DNA from: Thermoplasmatota archaeon
GTDB taxonomy: Archaea > Thermoplasmatota > SW-10-69-26 > JACQPN01 > JAIVGT01
Length of the DNA stretch: 63,515 nt
Reading direction: 5' to 3'
Assembly (NCBI GenBank): GCA_035541015.1
Contig: DATLFM010000035.1
Location: 1 to 63,515, forward strand
Shown here: piece after piece, positions 26,852 through 38,800 of the stretch
How positions within the stretch are numbered: the stretch's first letter is position 1
How the letters are laid out: each line of letters begins with the position of its first letter
Position numbers and translations under genes: made by a program
The notes under the pieces: generated by a model
Told to the model about the DNA's origin: nothing
The model's database searches: none
The model's input: only the letters and a program-made list of their open reading frames with translations

Positions 26852-29800
26852 GCCGGAGCGCCGCCCGAAGGCTTCGCGCGGTGTTTCTCGTCCTTGTCAT
26901 GGTCGCCGGGGCCTTGCCGCCGGCCGAGGCGCAGGACCTTCCGCCCGCGCCGGATCCTCCGACCCTTCCCACCGTCCGTCAGGACGTCCCGGGCGTCGGA
27001 ACCATCCTCGTCGATCCGAACGACCTGTCCCCCGAAACGATCGTCTCGCAGCTGCCGCCGGAGGCCCAGGCGGCCCTCGACACGGTCCAGCGCGCCCTGG
27101 CCGCGCGCGCGGCCGAGGTCGCCAACCGCACGTCCGAGATCCGCGGCCTTCTGAACGGCACGGCCCGCACGACCGTCTTCCACGACGACATGAACCCGGC
27201 GAATCTCACGCTCAACCCGCCCGCGGCCACGCTGCGGCTCCAGGACTACTACGCCAACCGAAGCCGCTTGTCCACGGTCTTTGCCGCCTCGGCCGGCCTT
27301 CGCGGCGACACGATCGACGAGACGTTCCGCGCGGCCGACGGATGGCTTCACGCCTCCGTGGGCGACGACCGCTACGCGCTCGTTTCGAGCGGATTTGTCT
27401 ACGCCGAGCCGGGGGATCCGCTGCGCGAGGACGTCACGAGCTACCCCACCGACCTGTGGCACCTTCGCCCCGTCGAGGGCGCCACCGGCGCGTACGCGTG
27501 GTGGTCTGGAACCGACCGGGGCGGCGATCCACGCTACTACGGCTGGGTGCGTCCGCACGAATCCGAGCTTGTGACCCCGGCCATCGACCTGCGGGGAGCC
27601 GTCGCCGTCGACAACCGCCCCGTCCGCGAGCGCGTCGCAAACGTGCTCGATCCGGTCGAGATCGCCGGAATCGTGGGGGACCAGCTTCGCCACGTGACGT
27701 CGGGCCTCCAGACGCAGATCGTGGCCGCCGACCGCGTGCTCGATGGCCTGCTCGCGCAGATCCTCGGCTCGATCCCTCCTTCGGGCGTGCCGATCCAGGA
27801 CGAGACGATCGCCTCCATCCACCCGTACCAGAACGAGGTCTCCGCCTGGCTCAACCGCACGACCACGCCGGTGGTCGCCCAGGCGCTGGAGCGCGAGTTC
27901 CTGTCGGCCTCCCTGACGGACGTGGGCGACGCCCTCCTCCGGGTCGTGCACCGCCACGACTTCCTGCCGGGGGCCGACGGCGGCGCCGTCCAGATCTCGT
28001 GGTACGAGCCCATCTCGGGCACGTGGACGCGCTGGATGCTGCTGTCGCCCGCCGACGGCCACCGGTACAGGACGCTTGCCCCCGACGAGCAGGGCAACCT
28101 CGGGCCCGCCAGCCAGGACCGTCCCGCCGTTCCGGCGCTACGCGACGTGGCGGTGGACGCGCTGGGCCGCCCCGTGAACCCCCGGGGCCTGGGTTGGACC
28201 GGCAACTCCGAAGGCTGGGTCGAGAGCGTCTTCGACCTGTCGCAGTTTGCGGGCAAGGTCATCCGGCTCCGCTTCTTCCAGGCGATCGCGCAACGGCAGG
28301 CGGGCGTTCCCGACGACCCGCACGCCGGCTGGACGATCGACCGCGTCTCCGTGGAGGCCGTAAGCGCAAGCGTGGACGTGGGCGTCGCCCGGATCCTCGC
28401 CCCGGCCAACGCGGCCGTGGTGGACGAGGGCGCGCGGACGGCCGTCGTTGGCGTGGTCAAGAACTACGGCCGCTCGCCGGTCACGGCGGCGGTCGATTGC
28501 CGCATCCAGACGCGGCTCGCCGGCGGGACCCTCGTGAACCAGTCGTGCGGCACGCGGACCGTCGCGCTTGCACCCGGGCGCGAGACCCTGGTCACGTTCC
28601 CCGAGTGGACGGCGCGCAACGCCGTTGCCACCTACAAGATCCAGCTTGAGACGCGCTTGCAGGGAGGCCTTTCCGACGAGAACCCGGACAACGACGCGGA
28701 CGTCTCGGTGGTCCGCAGCCGCCGCATCGTCGACGTCCGGCTGGAGGACGTGCGCCTGTGCCCCGTGCCGCACGTCCGCGGCAACGGTTGCAACGTTCCC
28801 GAGGAGGCCGTCTCGCCCCTGGATGTTCCGTGGCGGGTGCTCGTGGACGTGGCCAACCAGGGCAACACCCCAGTGGTCGTGTCGCCGGAGCGCGTCCGAC
28901 TCGAGGTCCGATCGCTGTACGATGCGTCCCGCCCGCAGCTCGTGGCCACGCTCTATCCGCACGAGACGGAGGACCTGGCGATCCCCTTCGGGCCCCGGTA
29001 CGCCGGGCACGCCATCGCCGCCTCCAGCGAGCAGGCCCGCGGCCGCCTCTCGTTCACCTTCACGCCGCCGCCCGTGGCCGCCCCCTACGAGCTTCGCCTG
29101 ATCCTCGACGACCCGTCGCTTGGCGCCTCCGACCAGATCGCGCGCAACGTCAACATCCGCGCGGTCAACCTGGCGAACTTCTACGACGACCTCATGTCGG
29201 CCTGGCGCCACGACTACGAGGGCCTGCGACCGCAGGCGGGATTGCCGGCGACGCTGGGCCCGACCTTCCCGGCGGCAAGCTCGGCAGCGCGCCGGCAGGA
29301 CCTCCAATCCAAGACCCTCTTCCCGACCGTCCTCGGGGGCATTCCGCAAAGCGGCGCCTGGAGGAGTTCCGTCGACGCGGACGGGTACGCCGTCCGCACG
29401 AACGAGGTGCTCGAGATCGCGCAATACGCGCGTCACACGCTCACCGTGCCGGCCCGTCCGAACAACCTGACGATCGCCGGCGGCGGGGCGGCCACGCTGT
29501 CGTTCTCGCTGTGGCATTGGCTGCAGCCCGGCGGCGGCTTCTGGGAGTTCGAGCGCGCCTGGCGCCTCAACTTCACCGACCTGCGCAACAACCCGAACGA
29601 TCCCCACGATCCGGCGCGCAACCGCACCCTCCGGGACGCCGCCGGGTTCATCAGCAAGTCGCTGCTGCTGCGACAGGATCCGGTGCGCTTCCTCCTGCAC
29701 CACGATCTCAACGCGTCGATCCGGTTCACCGGCCCGGTCCAGGTTTCCCTCGCGCTCCAGTGGGGCGACGTGAACACGCTCACGCAGACCACTGGCATCC

Positions 29801-32800
29801 CCATCGTGCGCGCGAACGTCACGCGCATCGCGCCCGACGGCACCTCGCAGCTTCTCGCCCAGCTGTCGTACACCTTCACGCCGCATCCCACGCGCGATCG
29901 GGGCGCCTACACGACGGAGGGACGCGACGTCGTTCGCCACCTCTTGTGGAACGCGACGGGCGTGACGATTCCCGCCGGCCACCGCATCGCCATCGACCTG
30001 AGCGCGGTCAACACCACCCGCCTGAGCCTGCGCTACGACGGCTCGACCGAGAGCGCCATCTCCTACGTCGCGTTCCCCGCCCGCGAGCGCATGCACATGC
30101 CCGCGGACGCCTTCGAGGTCCTGCGCGGGTGGACGGTGTTCCTAAACCGCACGGCCCTCACCGGGGGCGTCTGCACGGCGGCGACGACGTGCACGCTCAC
30201 GGAGCAGCGAGGCCCCAGCTCGACCTTCACGAGCCTTCCCCTCACCGCGACCACGACGCCCTTTGCGGTCGCAAGCCCCCTGCGCTTTGCCCTCACGCCC
30301 TCCCTTGCGTCGGACATGCGGATCGCCACGCCCGTCAGCGTGCACCTCAACCTCACGCGCGGCCCGGGATCCTCCGAGAGCGAGAGCACGATCGGCCTTG
30401 CGCTGCGCGTCCGCTTCCTGGAGCGATTGGCCGACGGCAGCCTGCGGGAGCTTGCGCTCGTCAACCGGACGTTCACGAGCCAGGAGCGCTGGCAGGTCCT
30501 GGCGGGAGAGTCGGTTTCGTTCGGAAAGAGCGTCACGTGGGAGAACGCCACGGGAACGGTCCTGGCCGCGGGCAGCCGCCTCGAGATGGAGGTTTCGCTG
30601 TACTCGAACACGGGCCAGGCCAACCGCGTCTGGATGCTGCCCTTTGGCGCGCAATGGAACATGACGCGCGTCGAGTGGGGCGAGTCCCTCATGTGGGGCC
30701 CCGACGCCTACCGGCTCGACGGCTTCAACGACGAGGAGCTTGGCGTAAAGCCGCTGGGCTGGCGGACCGTTTCGATGCCGGTGCGCCTCTCCGACACGAG
30801 CCGCATCTTCTTCCGCCACCAGGTTCCGGCTCCCGGCTACTCGATGCCGGTGTTCCTCGACGACTTCCGGGTGACAAACGCGACGGGCGGCACGATCCTC
30901 ATCGACACCGTCGACTACAACGCTCTGGGGCCGCACAGCGCCGCCGCGACCTGGCTGCAGCCGCACCGCGCCGTGACGGGAACGACCTTCGACGCACGCC
31001 GCTCGGGCGTCGTGCTTCCCAACAACCAATCCTGGCAGCTCGTGGGCAGCCGGCTGTTTGGAAACGAGTTCGTCACGAGCAGCCATCCGTTTGCGCCCAA
31101 CAACCTCACCTTCACGGTTCCCACCGTGGACGACTGGCGCAACGACACGCGCGGAGGCGGGACGGTCCTGCGCTGGGGGCTTCCGTTCGGCGGGTACCGC
31201 CCCGACGCCTGGGGCGCCGTCTCGTCCCCCCTTGCCATCGATCTTACGGGGACAACCGACCCCAAGCTCGTGCTCCGCCACGCGTACGGCTTTGCCTACG
31301 AGCTCGACGGCGGGCTCGTGCAAGTGGCGCCGTCGGTGGGCCTTGGCGTGGGCACCTGGCGCACCGTCCATCCCCTGGGCGCCCTCAACGGGACGGTCGA
31401 CGACCATTCCGCCGTTCGCGCGCTGGGCGACCTCGGGTTCACGGGACAATCGGAGGGCATCGTGAACCACACGTTCGATCTCTCGCAGTTCAAAGGGCAG
31501 CTCGTCCGGTTCCGTCTCCTGGCGCGATCCGGGGACGGCCCGCCCGAGGGTGACGGGTGGACGATCTACGAAGCGCGCGTCGAGGACGGGCGGCGGGTCC
31601 TGTTCCAGGACGACTTCTCCCGGACGCTTGTCCTCCAGCCGCTGGGCCTACCAGCCGCCAGCTACTACCTCGGCTCGCTGCGCGTGGACGACGCGGCTTG
31701 GACGCAAGCCAACGGGACCGTCATCATCCCGGCCGCCGGCGGTGCCATGTTCCGCACGACGGGCCTGCAGCAGGCCTTCGAGCGCGCGGTCCACGAGAGC
31801 TGTCCCCTCGTCCGGGACCCGCGCGTCGAGTTCGAGGACCCGTCCCACAACCAGACCGTCACGGACGCCCACAATGCGCTCTACGGCGCGTGCTCCCTGC
31901 AGGTCGAGCCGCGCGCCAAGTCGATCTACAGCGGGAACTTCACCGGCATCCCGGTGCTGGGCGAGGCAAGCCCGCGGGCGGTCGTCCACAGCGTCCACGC
32001 AAACGTCCTCCAGCTCAACCGCACGATCGACCTTCGCTGGGAGCCGGGGGCCCGTCTCACCTTCGAACAGCAGCTGCGCATCGACGGCGAGCGCTGGGAT
32101 TGCAAGCGCTCCTGCCGCTTCTTCGACAAGGCCATCGTGCAGGTCCGCGAGGTCGGCGCCGCCAACGAGTCGCCGTGGGTGACCCTGACGACGTTCGACC
32201 AGCTGCACGCCTCGGCCTCGCCCGAGTGGCGGCCCTTTGCCCTCAACCTCGACGCCTTCGCCGGACGCCAGATCGAGCTTCGGTTCGTGGCGCAGCGGTC
32301 GCCGTTTGCCATGCGCGACCCCGCCACGCTTGGCGTGCCGCAGCACCCGCTCATGCCCGGGCAGCTGCGCGACACGATCAACGCCACCGACGACACCGTG
32401 CGCGGCAGCAAGGTGTTCACCGCCGCGGACCACCACTTCGAGTGGCTGCTCGACAACGTCGTCATCGCGGCGGGCGACGGCACCACGCTTCTCGCCGATC
32501 CCGAGGGCGCGGGCGATTGGATTCGTTCGGATCCGGTCTGGGACGAGGAGTGGGAAACCCTGCCTCGCCACGTCCTCAAATCCCACCCGACCGAGGTCGC
32601 GCCCGAGCACCAGGGCACGCTCTGGCACCGGACGCAGGCCCGTCACGCGCGCGGAACGGCCGCCTGGCATTTCGGCGTCGAGACCCCGATGGGAACCTAC
32701 GTGCCCGCGGGCCAGCTCGTTCACTGCACCCACGCGAACCTGACGCCGCTTGACGTCGGCCGTTGCCCAAGCGGCGCTCGCCCCAACCAGCCGATGCAGC

Positions 32801-35800
32801 GGCTGGTGTCGCCGATCCTGGATCTTGCCGGGCTTCTGGAGCCCTCGCTCACCTTCCAGCACCGCCACTCGCTGAGCTTCACGCCCTTGGGCAGCGGGCA
32901 GAACGATCCGTTTTGCGGGGCCACGGGCGTGAGCAACCCTCGACCCTGCACGCTTGCCGGCCTCGTCGAGGTGCGGGCGCTGCGCGCGACGGGCGTGTGG
33001 ACCGACTGGCAGCTGCTTGGCCCCAACCCCGGCGTGTCGAACCTGCGGTTCGCGTTCGTGCACGACAGCGGCGGTTGGGTCCAGCAGGGCCCCATTCCGC
33101 TCGAGAACGTCTACGCCCTGTTCACGGACGAGTCGGGCAAGCCCCTCCAGCGGCGGGACCTCCTCACGACGAAGATTCAGCTCGCCTTCAAGGCCATCAA
33201 TCCGAGCGGGCACCTGGGCATCGCCTTTGGCAACGGCACGGGCCTTGACCGAAGCACGAATTCGACCATGGACGGCGGCTGGTGGATCGACGCCATCACG
33301 ATCAGCGAGCGCAACTTCGTGAACGACGTGGCGATCGCGCGGGCGCGCGTCGAGGCCGACGGCGGGCCCGTCCAGGAGGGCGAGGCCATGCTCGTCCCGC
33401 CGGGACGCCGCGCGGGCATCGAGGTCACCGTCCGCAACCTCGGCACGGAGACGCAGTCGCCGGTCCTCACGTGGAGGATCTCCGGCCGCTCCCAGGAGCC
33501 AAACCCGGTCTCGGACGGACGCCAGCAGACGCAGCTGAGCCTCTTGCTTCCGCTGCTCGACGACGGCAGCCTCGATCCCCGAGGGTTCGTCACGGGCCGC
33601 CTCGAGACCGTCGCGCAGGAGCCGGAGCCCCTGCCGGGCGCGGAGGTCTCCCTCGTCGTCGACCTTCACCCGACGGAGGCCGCCACGACCGACGTGTTCG
33701 GGGAGTTCGCCATCCCCGCGCCAAGCTTCGTCGGCGGCATCCACACGATCGGCGTCCGATTCGGCGGCAACGAGACCTACGCGCCGACGAACGCCACGGA
33801 GGTGTGGGGGCCCGTCACGAGCCTTGCGGGCCTGCCCTCGATCACGGCCGCCGGGCGAAGCCAGGAGACGGCCCGGCTGTTCAACGTCAGCATCCCGCTT
33901 GTCGACAACGAGCCTTGGTGCACGCGCCAGCTGAACCTCGAGCTGGAGATCGAGGTCTCGATCCCGCCCTTTGTCGACGAGAATCCCGCCAACAACAAGG
34001 AGATCGTGAAGCTCACCGCGCGCTGCAACCCGCGCGCGCGGTTCATCGAGGAATTCGAGGTCGTGCCGGGCACGGCGCCGCCCGGCGCCAGCCGCCGGCT
34101 GGACTTCACGCTGCAGAACCACGGCAACGTTCGCTTGGACAGCGTTCTCGCCTACGCCGTCGTGACGCGTCCCGACGGCAGCATATGGCAATCCGAAGAG
34201 CAGGCGCTCGCGCCCATCCAGCCCGGGTCCTCGGCGAGCCTCCCCCAGGGAATCTTCCTGCCCGGCGACGAGCTCTCGCAGCTGGGCCGCTACGGCGTCG
34301 AGGTCAAGGTGCTCCAGCGCGTCCTCTACGACGGGACGCTCTACGAGATCGAGCTTGAGGGCCTCAACCAGCCACGCCTGGCCCGCTCGACGACGTTCCA
34401 CGCCAAGAACATCATCCAGCTGGACGGACTGTCGCCCGACTCGGCGGCGACCTGGGAGGCGGGTCCCTCGTGGGAGATTGCTGAAGTTCCGGACCTTGCA
34501 GTTTCTCCCCCCTGGCTGTGGCGGCTTGGCAACGGAAGCGTCTACGCGCCCAACCTGTCGTCCTCGCTTGTCACCTTCGAGCTCCTGCCGCACGTGGCGC
34601 GCGACGCCGACCTCGTGTTCTCCTACCTCAACAACCTGCACCGCGGCGACTCCGTCGCGATCGAGTGCTCGACGGACGACGGCCGCACCTGGCGGCCCCT
34701 CACCGAGTGCGGGACCGCCGGCCGGACGCGGGACAACGTCCTCACGGCGGCCTCGCGCGGCGGAAAGCTGCCCAAATGGATCCCCGTCACGCTGCGCAAC
34801 TTCGGCGGCCGCGTCACGACGGACGTGAACCTGCTGCCGCCCGCGCAGTTCCCCGACCCGGGGGATCTCGAGCCCAAGCGGTGGTTTGGCGTGACCACGC
34901 CCTTTGCCGGGGTCGCGCCGTGGACCGCGGCCGCTTCGCGCGTCGCGGGGTCCGGCCCGCTTGCCTCGTGGGCCTGGTCGAACAGCTCGGTGGGGCTCTT
35001 CTCGCGCCCCGGCGGGACGCACGCCTTCCTCTTTGGCCGCTACGTCGACGAGCCCCTCAACACGACGCCCGCCCTTGCACGCAACTCCCAGGCTCGCTTG
35101 GTCTCGCCCGTCGTCGACCTTCGCGGCGTGACCGAGCCGGCGACGCTGAGCTTCTGGCACTTCTACAGCTTCCTCACCGCCGGCAACGGTTGGGCCGGCG
35201 GCGGCACCGTGATGGTCTGCGTCGTCGAGGACACGGACGAATGCCGGAAGGACACGGAGGGCAAGGACGCCTGGATGCCCCTCCGGGAGCCCGAGCGCAA
35301 CCAGCCTTCCCCGTACACGGGCACGTGGGCGTCCAACTCGGGCGGCACCTTCATCCCGGTCGGGACGCCGGCGTTTGTCGCCTCGATCCCCGGCTGGCAG
35401 AGGGTTGGCCTTCGGCTCGACGTGCTCACGGGCAAGGACTGCGTGCCGGAGGGCGGCTGCTTCCTGAACGAGCGCATCCGGATCGCCTTTGTCGGCACCA
35501 CGAACGCCACGGGCGACGCAACCGGCTGGTGGATCGACGACATCCGCGTGACAGGAGGGGTCTTCGAGTCCTCGCCCACGCTCCTGCGCTTCCGCGCGAC
35601 CACCGACGAGATGTTCAACGAGGGATCGTTTGCCGTGGACGACCTCATGCTGCTGGGCCGGACCCGCGAGCACAGTGTGTCGGCTCGCATCGCGACGATC
35701 AACGGCAAGCCGTTGTCCGCCTTCCACGCGCCCGATGGCGTCCATTGGATGGCTCCGGGCTCGCCGGTGCGCGTGGGCATCGAGGTCCGCAACGACGGGC

Positions 35801-38800
35801 TCGAGCCGGCCTGCGACCTCGTCGGCTGGATCCGGGCCAACCGCTTGCCGGACAACTCGCTTCCGCCCAACGCCACGCAGCAGAGTTTTGTCGTGCCCGG
35901 CTGCCTTGGGCCCGGACAGCGCACGACCGTGTTCCGGTCGCCCTTTGCCGACGACGTGGTGGACCGTCGCATCCCGGAGATCGAGAACCAGGACTACCAG
36001 ATCATCCTGCACGTGATCCCGCTTGAGGGCGACGAGCGGACGTACGACAACACGCACGTCCTGCGCCTGCACGCCGCCACCGTCCAGCATGTCGAGCCAA
36101 AGCTGCTGCCCGAGGACGTGGCTCCTCGGACGGTCCCCGCCGACGGCGCCTTTGCCGTGTCCACGCTGTTGTCGAACTGGGGCACCCAGCGAGAGCGCGT
36201 CCGGGCGGAGGCCACGCTCGTCCGCCTGGATCCCGGCCCGCAGGGATGGGACCACAACGGCACGCTTGGCTGGGGCAACCGCACGACGTACACGGGCGCA
36301 TCGGTCGTCGTGAACGGCACGCTTGTGCCCCTGGGCCTGGACGCCCGCCACCTCACGCTCGACCACCTCGAGGAGCGGTCGGTCGTCTGGAACGTGCAGA
36401 CCCGAGGCCTGCCGCCGGGCGTCTATTCGGTGAACGTGACGGCCTCGATCCTAAACGAGACCGGAGTTCCCAAGCGCAACATGACCTCGCGCAACGTGAG
36501 CGTGCTGCTGGGACACACGGGCCTGTACCTCCACGCCGACTTCGACTTCGGCAACCGGACGGCCGTCGGCGACAACCGCACCTTCGACAACTCAAGCTAC
36601 TGCAACCCGCTCCCCGACGCCACCGGGCGCCTCCGTTGCACGGGCAACTTCACGTCCGGCGCCGGACCGTTCTGGATGCGCGACAACGGCAACTGGACGT
36701 GGGTCGACAGCGCCCGCGTCCAACACATCACGACGAACAACGGGCCGCAGCCCTTCACGCGCGACGTCGAGTACCGCAGGCCCACGAACAGCCATCCTGA
36801 CCGGGACGGGGGCGCGCGCTTCCAGTGGGACCCCGACGCAGGCCCCGGCGGCGCCGGGGACGGCGCCTGGATGTGGATCCGGCCGGAGGAGCGGATTTCC
36901 TCGACGCGCGACACCGACGACGCGCTTCTGTCGCCTGTATTCTACCTCCGCGGAGCCGACTTCAACTCCACGTTCCTCCACCTGCAGCACACGTACTCGA
37001 TGCCGCCGGACGCCGCCGGCCTCGTGGAGCTGCAGCTTGCCCGGTGGGTGCCCATGCCCTTTGGCCCGCCGCCCGGCGGCTACTGGACCTTCCACAGCAT
37101 GGAGACCGACTGGATCCCACTTGCGCCCGTCTTCGGTGGCTCCCTGGGCTACGGCAAGGACAGCACGGCCACGCTCGTGCGCGACGCCTACGACGAGCGC
37201 GCCGCTGGCGGCGCCAGCGCCAACGGGTGCGGGATGGGAGCCGCGGGAGTCGACAACCCCGACACCGGCCACTCCTCCGACGCCTACGAGCTGTGGTGCC
37301 CCGACTCGGACTCGGCGCAGGGCGACGGAGGCTCGCTGGGGCTGCCGACGATGCGCGCCAACCGCATCCCCACGAACCCGTTGGACGGCAACCGCAGCTT
37401 CGGGCTGGGAGCGGCCACCGACGGCTGGGAGACCGTCGTCTTCAACCTCTCGAACAGCAGCGTCTCGAACTACCCACTCCTCGGGCACACGCAGCGCAAC
37501 GTCCTCCTCGGTTCGGCCGCGGCGGGCGACGAATGCCGCATCGCGGACGGCCCGGCCCAGGTGTACGCCGTCTGCGACGAGGCCCGCGCCAACAACGAGT
37601 TCGACTGGCGCCCGCCCGTGCCGGCGCGGCTGCGCTTCCGGGCCGGAAGCTTCGGCCCGGCCCAGGGCCACTTCGAGTGGGTGATCGACAAGATCTCCGT
37701 CTCCGGCTACGCTCCGAGGCTTTCGTTCCTCGACGTGCCCGGCGCCGCCCGCGTGGTCTGCGGCGTGGAGCGCGTGCCGTTTGCCAACGCCTCGCGCGAG
37801 TCCGGTTGCCCGCGTCCGGCCAACCTTACCACGTTGCATTGCGGCGTCTCCGCCGACCAGGAGGGCGACCCCTGCCCGCGGCCCATCGAGCGCGTGATCG
37901 ACTCGATCGCCGAAGGCGAGCGGCACGAGTTCGAGATCGTGGTCCGCAACCCGGGCGGTCTTCCGGACCTCGTGGACCTCGCGTTCGACTTCGTGGGCGT
38001 GGCGCCGCCCGAGTGGATCGAGGCGGGCACCGGCTTTGCCACGCCCGGGGGGGTCGTCGACCGGATGCAGGTCCTCCTCCCGCCGCGCTCGTCGCGCTCG
38101 ATCGTCGTCGTCGTGACGGCCGCCGTCGGGCTCCTCGAGCCCGAGTTCAAGTACGAGTTCGAGGCGGTCGTCCGGGCCGTCTCGCAGTTCGATCCCATGG
38201 CCCAGCACTCGCTGCGCATCCTGCTCGAGCACTCGACGGCGCTTCACCCGGACGTCGTCGTCGAGGACGTGCAGACGGGCACCGAGTCCTCCCTCTTGGG
38301 CGGCCCCACGCGCTCCGTGTACGCGGGCGTGCCGACCCTCGTCACGGTGCAGATCTCCAACCGCGGCACGGCCGAGGCGCGCGACGTGATGGTGCGCCTG
38401 CTGGCCCGCTCGCCCTCCGGCGAGGAGACGGTCGTGCTCGGCCCCACGCTTGCGCCCGTCACCCGCCTGGCGTTCCTCGACGCGGGCGGTCGCACGGTGT
38501 CGCTGCCCTTCACGTGGACCCCGCGCGAAACGGGTCCGCACACGATCGTCGTGGAGGCGTTCCTCGCCAACGCGGCGACCCGGGAGATGAGCACGCGCAA
38601 CAACGAGATCCGGTTCTCGATCGACGTCGTGAGCCTGCCGCTTCCCGACCTCGTCGTTTCGTCGCTCCAAGTGCTGGAGCGTGGCAACCAGCCGGTGTGC
38701 ATCCGCGCGCTCATGCCCGCCTGCGAGGGCCCCGAGGGTCCCGTCGAGGGAAGCGTGGTCGACGTCCTCGTCCGCGTGCAAAACGCGGGCCGAGCCCCCG

